DNA from: Candidatus Bathyarchaeota archaeon
GTDB taxonomy: Archaea; Thermoproteota; Bathyarchaeia; 40CM-2-53-6
Direction: 5' to 3'
DNA length: 64,000 bases
Assembly (NCBI GenBank): GCA_963845275.1
Contig: CAWJRR010000002.1
Location: 204,901-268,900, forward strand
Position 1 is the stretch's first letter; the number at the start of each line of letters is the position of its first letter. The notes under the pieces are model-generated. The model saw only the letters and a list, made by a program, of their open reading frames with translations. It was not told the DNA's origin and did no database searches. A program made the position numbers and the translations under genes. Below are positions 17,579-26,105 of this stretch, piece after piece.

Positions 17579-18859
17579 ATGGAAGAAAACATGGTCTACA
17601 GGGAGAAGGAGTTCAGCGATAGTGAGATTGGGAAAATCCCTAGGGACTGGGACTCTGCCAGACTGCAGACAATGGGAGGATTCCAATATGGAATTACTGC
17701 TTCAGCCATTGAAGAAGATACGGGCACTAAACTCCTAAGAATTACCGACATAAAGAACGGTGGAATCAACTGGGAAGAAATGCCAAATTGCAAGATTAGA
17801 CCAGCAGAGCTCAGGAGATATGAAATCTCCGTTGGAGACGTACTGTTCGCACGAATAGGCGCGACTACAGGGAAAACCTGCTACATAGACAAATCAGTGA
17901 AGGCGGTCTTCGGTTCTTATCTCATAAGATTTCTGCCGAAAACTGACGTTGACACCAAGTTCCTGTACTTCTTCGCCCAGTCAAAGCTATACTGGGACCA
18001 GGTTAATCGCAAGAAAGAGGGGCAACTGAAAAAAGGGCTGAACATCGCAACTTTGGGTAGCATGATTCTTCCGAGACCTCCTTTCCAAGAACAGCACAAA
18101 ATCGCAGCGATCCTCATGATTATTGATGGAGCTATTCAGAAGACCAACGAAATCATAGCGAAAACTCGACTCCTCAAGAAAGGCCTGATGCAGCAGCTCC
18201 TAACCAAAGGAATAGGGCACAAGGATTTCAAGTATAGTGAAGAGGTTGGCGCTGATATCCCGAAAGAGTGGAAGGTAGTTAGCCTTGGAGACGTGACGAT
18301 CATCCGGTATGGATTAGGACGGCCCCCAGAATCCGATGAGAATGGAGTTCCAATGATACGGGCAACGAACATAAAGCGAGGTGCCATCGTTGAAACGGGT
18401 CTTTTCAGGGTGAAACGTTCGGCTATTCCGAAGTCTCGCAATCCCTTCCTTCGAACAGGGGATGTTATCGTGGTCAGGAGTGGAGCTTACACAGGGGACA
18501 TAGCTCGTGTTACAGAGAAATGGGAGGGTGCAATTGCTGGGTATGATCTGATTCTTTCGCCTACAAAGAGGACGATCAACTCGGTCTATCTGGCGAACTA
18601 TCTCCTTGGCTCAAGAGTTCAAACGTACTTCTCGCGGCTCAGAGTTCGTGCAGCTCAGCCACACTTAAACTCAGATCAGGTTTCCCGTGTCCTCATTCCG
18701 CTTCCTTCACTTACTGAACAGGAACAGATTGCCAGGACTCTCTCCGTAGTTGACAAGAAACTCGAAATTGAAAGGAATGAAAAGGCAAACTTACAAGAAA
18801 TCAAACAGGCACTTATGGATTTGCTGCTTACGGGAAAAATCAGGATTAAGGTAGATTGA
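17579..18859 (+). CDS. hsdS: Type I R-M specificity subunit S
   Basis: Two target-recognition halves, each followed by a conserved helical spacer (PPFQEQHKIAAIL... and LPSLTEQEQIARTL...). Confidence 0.9.
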   Translation: MEENMVYREKEFSDSEIGKIPRDWDSARLQTMGGFQYGITASAIEEDTGTKLLRITDIKNGGINWEEMPNCKIRPAELRRYEISVGDVLFARIGATTGKTCYIDKSVKAVFGSYLIRFLPKTDVDTKFLYFFAQSKLYWDQVNRKKEGQLKKGLNIATLGSMILPRPPFQEQHKIAAILMIIDGAIQKTNEIIAKTRLLKKGLMQQLLTKGIGHKDFKYSEEVGADIPKEWKVVSLGDVTIIRYGLGRPPESDENGVPMIRATNIKRGAIVETGLFRVKRSAIPKSRNPFLRTGDVIVVRSGAYTGDIARVTEKWEGAIAGYDLILSPTKRTINSVYLANYLLGSRVQTYFSRLRVRAAQPHLNSDQVSRVLIPLPSLTEQEQIARTLSVVDKKLEIERNEKANLQEIKQALMDLLLTGKIRIKVD

Positions 18860-21800
18860 ATGACCTATAGTGAGAAGGGCACAGTCGAAGATTTCATCAT
18901 TCAAGAACTCAAGAAGCTGGGATGGAAGTACTTAACTCAAAAGGAAATAGAGGCAAAACGAAAGGATAGGCTTGAGGAACCGCTTGTTCTGGAGAACCTC
19001 AGAGAGTCAGTTAGAAAGCTCAATCCCGACATAAAGTTCACCGATGCTGATCTTGATTTTGTAGCTGTCTCGCTGAGAACGATACCATCGAATCTCGAAG
19101 GAATCAGAAGGGTTCTTGACATTTTCAGAAATGGCTTGGTTGTCCCTATACAGAAGGAGAACAAGGAGAAAGTCATCAGACTATTCGACCCTGAAAACGT
19201 CGATAAGAACGAATTCGTTGTAACGAATCAATTCAAACTCGAAGGCCCGAACAGGAACATCAGAGCGGACATTATTCTTCTTGTCAATGGTATCCCCCTA
19301 GTCTGCATCGAATGCAAGAGTCCGACCGGAGAGAGTGTCGATTGGACGACAGCCTATATACAGATAAAGAGATATGAGCGAGAGGCTCCTGAGCTTTTCA
19401 AGTATGTTCAATATTCGATAGCAACCGACGGAATGAAAACGAAGTACTTCCCCAATGGCTTCAACGAGGAGAACAAGGATTTTCTTAGCGAATGGAAAGA
19501 TCCGTATCCATTCAAAGTCGAGGAATTCAAAGAAGACATTCTGAAAATCACGATATACGGTCTCTTGTCAAAGTCGAATCTCCTCGACTTGATTGAGAAT
19601 TTCACGTTCATCAGGAAAGAGATAGACAAGTCTACGAAGATAATGACTCGGTACATGCAGTTCAGAGCATCGGAGAAGATCTATCGAAGAGTAATCAACA
19701 CTCTAGGGAAGAACGAAAACAGCAAGTTCGGCTTGATATGGCACTGGCAAGGCTCCGGCAAAACCTACACGATGGCATTCTCTGCGTGGAAGCTCTACAA
19801 CTCGCCTAAAGCCGAACGGCCTAGCATTTTCGTGCTTGTTGACAGAAAAAACCTTGAAGAACAGATTGAGAAGGATTTTGGCTTCATTGAAGTTCCGATA
19901 GAGAAGATTGAGCACGTAGATGGCTTGATCGAGGTTTTGAAATGGGGCAAGGAAGGAAAAAGAGGGATCTTTCTAGTAACCATTGAAAAGTTCAGACCGA
20001 AGGAATTTGCGAAGCTGAAAAAAGAAAGCGGCAAGATAGAAATCAAAAGGGAGAACGTGATTGTTCTCGCCGACGAGGTGCATAGAACCCAATACGGAAA
20101 ATTCAGAACGGTGATGAAAAGTGTTTTCAAGAAAGCCTTCATCTTCGGTTTTACGGGCACACCGCTCTCTAAACCAGAAAGGAACACGTTCCAGAAGTTC
20201 TGTCCGAGAGGAGAACTCTACCTCGATAGGTATTCGATGCTCGACGTGTTGAAGGATGGATTCACTGTCGAGCTCTCTTATGAGCCGAAACTCCCGGATT
20301 ATCACCTTAACGAGAAAGAGTATCGACAGTTCGTGAAATTCGAGGAGGAAGAGCTGAAGACACGATCGAAAGCAGAACAGAAGGAAATCAGGAAAAAGGT
20401 CAAGGTAATCGTCGCCTTTGTCAAGAAAAAGGAGCGGATAGAGGCGATCACCGAAGACATAGCTCATCACTTCAAGGACATAGTGGAGCCCACCGGCCTT
20501 AAGGCAATGGTTGTAACCATAGACAGAGATGCATGCATCCGATACAAGAATGCATTGGACCAAATTCTGCCGCCGAATTGTTCAGAGATTGTGATGACGT
20601 TCAATGCGAACGATAAGGAACCAATTAGAACCTACTTTGACAAGCTATCTAAGAAGTACGATTCTAAAGATCAAAAAGAAATTCATGACAAGATCATTGA
20701 ACGCTTCAAGGAAGCCAAAGAACTCAAGATTTTGATTGTAACTGACATGCTGATCACGGGATTTGACGCTCCTGTCCTTTGGACGATGTACCTCGACAAA
20801 CCATTGAAAGAGCACAGAGTTCTTCAGGCCATAGCACGAACGAACAGGCCGTATCTGAACAAGAAGTTTGGTTTGATTATCGATTATATTGGCATCCTTG
20901 CAGAGATGCAGAAGGCGTTCCAGAAATTCGAAGCAAGCGAAGCAAAAGACATCCGTGTCGTTATAAGACAGCTCGACAAGGAGAAAGACGAATTCAGAGA
21001 GCTGCTCCAGAAGGCTCTGAGAATTTTCCAGTCTGTGAAGAAGGAGGATACACGAGAAAGTCTAGAGGCTGCGATGAATGTTCTTGTGAATCCCGACATA
21101 GGCAAGCAATTTGAAATTACCATGAGAGCGCTCATGAAGTCGTACGAAATGCTCAGTGGAGACGAGTTTCTTGGGCCGTATCTTTCTGACTACACATGGC
21201 TCGCCAAAGTGCTTGTTGCCTATAACAAGCGGTTCAAGAAGAAAGATGTAGACGAGCTGAAAATAATAGAACTCTCAAAGAAGACATTCCAACTCATACA
21301 ACAAACAATCGACGTCAAAGAGATCGAGGATACATATCCGACTTTGAGTATTGATGCAAAATACGTTGAAGCCCTCAAGAAGTCTAAGCCTAATACAATC
21401 GGCGCTGCGATAGATATCATTACTAACATTCAGCACGAATCGAGAACGCATTCTAGCTCACCGTTCTTCCTCAACCTGAGTAGAGAAGTCGAAAGAACCT
21501 ATGAAGAACTGAGAACAAGAAAGATCGACACCCAAGAAGCGGTACGCAAGGCACTGGATTTCTCCGAAAAAATCGCGGAGTGGAAGAGGGAAGAGGAGGA
21601 AATAGGAAAAGAGAAGTATCCTCTATATGAAGCGCTGAAGACCGTCCTTCCCGACATCGAAAAGCAAAAGGCAGTGAAATTCATCACGCGTCTTATTGAC
21701 CATCTGAAAAAGTTGGATTTGCTCTTTGAAGGATGGCAACTGCAGAGGGATGTCCGCCGAAAGACATTGACTGAAACAAGACTGTTAATCTTGTCAGAGT

Positions 21801-21868
21801 TCAAAGGGCATCGTGACAAGATCGACGAACTTACAGAGCAAGTGTTCGGGGCCTTGGAGGGAGAATAA
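18860..21868 (+). CDS. hsdR: Type I R-M restriction subunit R (nuclease + SF2 translocase)
   Basis: PD-(D/E)xK motif ADIILLVNGIPLVCIECK, Walker A WQGSGKTYT, DEAH-like LADEVHRTQ, helicase C motifs (QAIARTNR). The start abuts the hsdS stop. Confidence 0.92.
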   Translation: MTYSEKGTVEDFIIQELKKLGWKYLTQKEIEAKRKDRLEEPLVLENLRESVRKLNPDIKFTDADLDFVAVSLRTIPSNLEGIRRVLDIFRNGLVVPIQKENKEKVIRLFDPENVDKNEFVVTNQFKLEGPNRNIRADIILLVNGIPLVCIECKSPTGESVDWTTAYIQIKRYEREAPELFKYVQYSIATDGMKTKYFPNGFNEENKDFLSEWKDPYPFKVEEFKEDILKITIYGLLSKSNLLDLIENFTFIRKEIDKSTKIMTRYMQFRASEKIYRRVINTLGKNENSKFGLIWHWQGSGKTYTMAFSAWKLYNSPKAERPSIFVLVDRKNLEEQIEKDFGFIEVPIEKIEHVDGLIEVLKWGKEGKRGIFLVTIEKFRPKEFAKLKKESGKIEIKRENVIVLADEVHRTQYGKFRTVMKSVFKKAFIFGFTGTPLSKPERNTFQKFCPRGELYLDRYSMLDVLKDGFTVELSYEPKLPDYHLNEKEYRQFVKFEEEELKTRSKAEQKEIRKKVKVIVAFVKKKERIEAITEDIAHHFKDIVEPTGLKAMVVTIDRDACIRYKNALDQILPPNCSEIVMTFNANDKEPIRTYFDKLSKKYDSKDQKEIHDKIIERFKEAKELKILIVTDMLITGFDAPVLWTMYLDKPLKEHRVLQAIARTNRPYLNKKFGLIIDYIGILAEMQKAFQKFEASEAKDIRVVIRQLDKEKDEFRELLQKALRIFQSVKKEDTRESLEAAMNVLVNPDIGKQFEITMRALMKSYEMLSGDEFLGPYLSDYTWLAKVLVAYNKRFKKKDVDELKIIELSKKTFQLIQQTIDVKEIEDTYPTLSIDAKYVEALKKSKPNTIGAAIDIITNIQHESRTHSSSPFFLNLSREVERTYEELRTRKIDTQEAVRKALDFSEKIAEWKREEEEIGKEKYPLYEALKTVLPDIEKQKAVKFITRLIDHLKKLDLLFEGWQLQRDVRRKTLTETRLLILSEFKGHRDKIDELTEQVFGALEGE

Positions 21869-22251
21869 TGAGCAGAGCAATTGTGCAAACTGGATTGTGT
21901 GATGAGCGTCAGGTTGAGGCGTTCTACTTGACACTCTCTGATATCTACGAACAAATAAGAACGGAAAGAAGAATTGATGTCTTCGGTAACTTGGATTTCG
22001 AGGTTGTTAGAAGCATAGATGGTAAGAAAAATAGGATTGCAAAACTTAAAGGGAGCAAGATACTCGTACATGTGAACGCTAGGCTATTGCCGAAGAGTGC
22101 CCTAAGATATGTCATAGCCCATGAGATTGCTCACACGCTTACGAAGAGGCATACGAGGCGATTCTGGAAAGTTGTAAAAGCCATAGACCCCAAGTTCGAG
22201 ATAGGCCAGAGTCTTCTCATGAGGCACGGCAAAAGATTTCAAGCTGATTAG
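21868..22251 (+). CDS. YgjP/DUF45-like zinc metallopeptidase (HExxH), R-M associated
   Basis: YVIAHEIAHTLTKRHTRRFWKVV follows the DUF45 pattern. The start overlaps the hsdR stop (TAATG). Confidence 0.6.
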   Translation: MSRAIVQTGLCDERQVEAFYLTLSDIYEQIRTERRIDVFGNLDFEVVRSIDGKKNRIAKLKGSKILVHVNARLLPKSALRYVIAHEIAHTLTKRHTRRFWKVVKAIDPKFEIGQSLLMRHGKRFQAD

Positions 22252-22287
22252 TATCAGCGCACTTCATTAGAGCGGCGGCGGGGGCGG

Positions 22288-22301
22288 CGCACCACGATAA
22301 C
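22288..22301 (+). repeat. Second copy of CGCACCACGATAAC; local context also resembles the island attR junction
   Basis: CGGCGCACCACGATAACC (22.3 kb) versus CGGCGCCAGAACGATAACC (40.84 kb). Confidence 0.45.
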
Positions 22302-22382
22302 CACACACATGAAAACAACTGACGGTGTGAGCCGGTGGTCCTGAATTTGTTCTTACAATGGCGCCATGCAGTGTGGGTTTGA

Positions 22383-22565
22383 TCACTTCACTTTCTTGAT
22401 GTCGCCAGGTTTCCAGCTCTTGTTGATCACCGTCTCGGTGGGGCCGTAGAGCCTTAGGATCGCGAAGTACCCTCTGCCTGGCACGGTGGCGAGCCAGTTG
22501 CTTTCTTTGCCCTTGGGCGCTTTCAGTCCGAGGTGGAGGTCTGTGCTGCCGTCGGTGTTCTGCGC
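22383..22565 (-). pseudogene. C-terminal fragment of a DUF1214-like protein (GC-rich, probably foreign)
   Basis: The minus frame reads ...NTDGSTDLHLGLKAPKGKESNWLATVPGRGYFAILRLYGPTETVINKSWKPGDIKKVK-stop with no start codon and no upstream body. The local sequence is visibly more GC-rich than its flanks. Confidence 0.5.
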
Positions 22566-22592
22566 TGGCTTGTCGCGCTAACGAAACCTAGA

Positions 22593-22829
22593 TCACTTCT
22601 TCAGTCGTTTCTCTAGTTCACGTCTGCGAGCGGCGAATTCCGCTGCTAGATCCCTGTCTCCACCTAGACTCAATTCAATATTGGAGCCTTTGCGGCCTAA
22701 GTACCCATGGCGCGGATACTTCTTACTACTCCTTCGCGTCGTCAGTATTCCATCGAGTGGGTGACATTTCGGGCACTTCGTTCGACCCGCTGGAATGTAC
22801 GAGCTACATTTGGAGCAGAACCCCGGCAA
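22593..22829 (-). CDS. Small zinc-ribbon protein
   Basis: CSKCSSYIPAGRTKCPKCH (CxxC...CxxC), basic C-terminal helix, TTG start. Confidence 0.4.
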   Translation of the reverse strand: MPGFCSKCSSYIPAGRTKCPKCHPLDGILTTRRSSKKYPRHGYLGRKGSNIELSLGGDRDLAAEFAARRRELEKRLKK

Positions 22830-22948
22830 AACGTATCCTCGTATGTTGAATTCGGATTATCTAAAAACATTTGTCTTCCTACCCGGACGTCCTGGCTTAC
22901 AGAAAAATTGCTTTACAGAATTCTAACCGTGCGGTGGCTCGCGTAGTC

Positions 22949-23881
22949 CTAGAATTCTTTTGAGTGCATTGCAGGCACGCGAGGATCGTGGATTGCTCTA
23001 AAACGTTTTAGGGAATGCTTGTACTCTTCGTTTGCTTCGTCGAAGGCCTCGATTAGAATTCGTCTCCCTTGGTGGGTACGGAGTGTTTCGTAAAGCGCGT
23101 TAAGATCAAGAAGCATAAGGATTCCTGTGTATGTAGTCTTGCGTGGTGTTGTCTTGACATCTAGATGCTTCCAGATTTCATTAAGTATCCGGAGATAATC
23201 TTTCTCAGGAATCTTTCGTAATCTTGCGGGCTTTATGAGATAAGATGGATCAAGAATCCATTTCGATCGCTGTTGGTAGCCATCGATTTTCCCCTCTTCT
23301 AGGTTGTCGTTTCCTTCAATAAAGTTGAAGAAAATTCCTCTCAGTAAATGTTTAAGGACTATGAGTCTTAAGTCGAAATCCAATCGCCCGTTGGAGTCCC
23401 ATCCGCGGGTGTGATTAATCTCGTAGCTTCTCACTAGTTGATCGAAGCGTACGTCCAATCTATCAATATTCAAATCGTAGAGCAATTCCTCGAAGCTAGA
23501 CGCTCGGAGCTTGCGAAGAGCAGTTAATTTTGCACTGTGAATTGATCTCGGAACCGTGATCTCGTAGGATCGCTTTTTCGATACTAGAATTCCTTCTCTA
23601 AGGAAACCGACTCGGGTTTTCCGGAAGCCCTCTGACTCACCACCTTTCCCTCTACCCGTAATGTGATCATACAAGTCTTGCCGCGAGATTCTCCAACCAA
23701 ATGAAGTCAAACATCGTAGTAATTCGGCGACGGAGAATGTTGTAGGCATGAAGATCAGGATAAAGGCTTGCAAGAAGTGATGAGTATCCGTCCAAGACGA
23801 CTTAATCCATCTGTTTCGACCTTTATATAATCGTACAGTAGGCTCCATAAAACTCCATGTACGTTTCTTGGAATTGTACAC
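22949..23881 (-). CDS. Hypothetical protein, possible N-terminal winged-helix
   Basis: 310-aa ORF. FSVAELLRCLTSFGWRISRQDLYDHI...GILVSKKRSYEITV looks like an HTH plus wing. No family recognised. Confidence 0.4.
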   Translation of the reverse strand: MYNSKKRTWSFMEPTVRLYKGRNRWIKSSWTDTHHFLQAFILIFMPTTFSVAELLRCLTSFGWRISRQDLYDHITGRGKGGESEGFRKTRVGFLREGILVSKKRSYEITVPRSIHSAKLTALRKLRASSFEELLYDLNIDRLDVRFDQLVRSYEINHTRGWDSNGRLDFDLRLIVLKHLLRGIFFNFIEGNDNLEEGKIDGYQQRSKWILDPSYLIKPARLRKIPEKDYLRILNEIWKHLDVKTTPRKTTYTGILMLLDLNALYETLRTHQGRRILIEAFDEANEEYKHSLKRFRAIHDPRVPAMHSKEF

Positions 23882-23905
23882 CGCTATAGTTACCTCGTTA
23901 AGACC

Positions 23906-24244
23906 TTGTCAACGAGAAAATACCGTGATCCACTGCTAAACGTGTCGGATACTTCACGCGGAACAACTCAAAATGACTTGCCCTGCAGCCCGGAGATGTA
24001 TCTCGAAAAATTCGAAGAAGCCGTAGGGCCCTTGCGAAAGATCCGGATTGATCACACTCGACTTCATGTCAAATTAGCGTCAATTGACCTCTGCCTCGAT
24101 TTCGATTCAAAGAAGCAGGCCGAACTGACATTCGAGGAATTGCATAACATGCACGGGAAGACGGTGGGGATACTCAGACAATCAACTAACTGCGTTCGTG
24201 TTCGCACCGTCCCCTACTTCACTGAGCGAGATGAACAAGTTTGA
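23906..24244 (+). CDS. Hypothetical protein, translationally coupled to the downstream transposase-like gene
   Basis: 112-aa TTG-start ORF with a 4-nt overlap with the 24241 ORF. Confidence 0.35.
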   Translation: MSTRKYRDPLLNVSDTSRGTTQNDLPCSPEMYLEKFEEAVGPLRKIRIDHTRLHVKLASIDLCLDFDSKKQAELTFEELHNMHGKTVGILRQSTNCVRVRTVPYFTERDEQV

Positions 24245-25857
24245 CGGACGACAGAGACATCTCCCTGTATCGGTTTCTGCCTGACAAAGACGGTGACATT
24301 CCGACTTCAGATTCCGGAAAATGCAAAGTGGTTGGTGCTATCGACTCGACGACTCTCAACCGCAAACCAGGGTGGAGGATAGGAGCGAAGCACGCGATGA
24401 GAACGCTGCGTGACCGAAAACGTGAGACGCAATGCCAGCGCATAAGTTGCCTAGATAGGTATTGTGTGAACCTTCAACCCGAAGTCAGCATAGTGAACTC
24501 ACCCCCCAATGTTCCAATGATCTATTCCCGTTTGAACTACGACCAAACTCTTCCTTCCATTACCCCTCTGTGTCCTCCCACCATGATCCGATCTCTGGAT
24601 CATCCCATTAATCTGACATACTCGACTCCCGAGGAAATGCTACGAAAGTCAGTGCTAGAATCTCCCCCTCTCACTTGCACTCACTGTGGTTCCACTAATG
24701 TGACGTTGAACCCGTGGGTCCACAACGTGGAGTCCTACGTCTGCTCGGCTTGCAAACGGAAATTCGTTCCTCCCAAGTGCATAAGCCAGATTGTTGGGTG
24801 GAATATAGTGAAGGAAGTTGTTGACGACATATACGGGTCAGGCAATACGATTCGTGACGAAGTAGCATCTCTCGCAAGGAAACAAATACCTGTAAATCCC
24901 ATGTTCATCAGTCGAATGCTCAACACAATCGGAGCTGCAATTGACGCCCCAATGACGATAGCGCGGAAGTACCGACTGAAATTTTCCCCCTACTTGTGCA
25001 TCGACCTGACGTATATCCCCATCCGCAGGCATCGCACGCCAAACAGTGAACTTACTGAGTTTCCTGTCCTCTTCGCAGGAGATCCAATGACCACATATGC
25101 GTTCCAGGGTCGAATGGTCCATGTCGACCTACCAAAGTCGCGAGAAGACAAAGTGTTAGTTGACGCGTACATCAGAGAGATCGATGAAATAATGAAAGCC
25201 CTTGGGCGCGAGTATGAGAATAGCCTAAGAGTGGTAATTGTTGACCCGGAACGAGCACTAATTTCAGCCATCAAAACACGACTTCCTACGAAACGAATAC
25301 AGGTTGATACAGTTCACGTGATCAGAAAAGTCGAGAAGATACTGCCTACAATCCGAAAATCCAAGTTACCAGAGGATGAGCTTGAGGCTAGACGAAAATT
25401 GAAAGACACCATAAGAAGCATCATGGCCTCAACTTCTAGGATACAGTTTGACGTCCGACTTTCTGATCTGCTGACCCACTACGACGGATTTGACGAAAAA
25501 AAGAAAAAAGCTCTGCGAGTTGTGCAAAGATACAAAGACATGTTGAAAACACACTTTGCATTTGAAGACGCGCCTAAAACGAGCAACTTCGCGGAACGTC
25601 TAATTCAGGAAGTTGAAGAGCCTCTGGATAAGAGGAGAGGTTTCAATTCCTATGATTCAGCGGATCGCAATCTAAGCCTTTATCTGAATTGCTTTAACTT
25701 CAGAAAGATTCGAAGTAGCAAAACGGGATTGGAAGGATACACCGCTTTTCAGCTTGCGGGTGGGTTGATAGATACTCATTGGTTGGATGTAGTGTACAAA
25801 GGAGAACAGAGAACATGGCGAGCTCGCGTTCGGAAGGAATCGAAGAATATTCGCTAA
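24241..25857 (+). CDS. Transposase-like protein (zinc ribbon + IS256/Mutator-like DDE pattern)
   Basis: Zinc ribbon CTHCGS...CSACKRKF. Candidate DDE residues lie in CIDLTYIPI, VVIVDPERALISAIKTRLP..IQVDTVHVIRKV and TSNFAERLIQEVE. The order and spacing resemble IS256/MULE transposases. Confidence 0.4.
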   Translation: MTDDRDISLYRFLPDKDGDIPTSDSGKCKVVGAIDSTTLNRKPGWRIGAKHAMRTLRDRKRETQCQRISCLDRYCVNLQPEVSIVNSPPNVPMIYSRLNYDQTLPSITPLCPPTMIRSLDHPINLTYSTPEEMLRKSVLESPPLTCTHCGSTNVTLNPWVHNVESYVCSACKRKFVPPKCISQIVGWNIVKEVVDDIYGSGNTIRDEVASLARKQIPVNPMFISRMLNTIGAAIDAPMTIARKYRLKFSPYLCIDLTYIPIRRHRTPNSELTEFPVLFAGDPMTTYAFQGRMVHVDLPKSREDKVLVDAYIREIDEIMKALGREYENSLRVVIVDPERALISAIKTRLPTKRIQVDTVHVIRKVEKILPTIRKSKLPEDELEARRKLKDTIRSIMASTSRIQFDVRLSDLLTHYDGFDEKKKKALRVVQRYKDMLKTHFAFEDAPKTSNFAERLIQEVEEPLDKRRGFNSYDSADRNLSLYLNCFNFRKIRSSKTGLEGYTAFQLAGGLIDTHWLDVVYKGEQRTWRARVRKESKNIR

Positions 25858-25887
25858 CCCAAAATTGTATTGCGAAAGGAAACAATT

Positions 25888-26009
25888 CTGTAACGAAACC
25901 CCGATTCGTTACAGATACTGAGCAAGTGTAAGACCCACCGTAACGTTACGCCACCCTTATTGGTGCTGTAACATTACAGTCGGTTTCGCCTGAATCTGCA
26001 CTCTGTAAC
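25888..26009. repeat. Cluster of four TGTAAC/GTTACA-based palindromes
   Basis: The cluster has a 10-bp-stem hairpin CTGTAACGAA-N7-TTCGTTACAG (25888-25914) and the palindrome CGTAACGTTACG (25939-25950). It also has CTGTAA-CA-TTACAG (25966-25979) and CTGTAAC (26003-26009). Confidence 0.6.
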
Positions 26010-26105
26010 AATCGAGGGGTATGGATAAGGTACCATCAAGTGCGAGTAACAAGGATGTTGAAGATGAGAGGTTATAGCGGACTGCAGAAATCGGAATTTC
26101 AGGAG

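Noticed and set aside
15556-22071. Long antisense ORFs within the type I R-M operon (e.g. 19973-20563, 21499-22071, 16301-16705)
   Set aside because: They lie opposite genes with strong HsdM/S/R motifs. Their AT-rich, Lys/Glu-rich coding generates long antisense frames.
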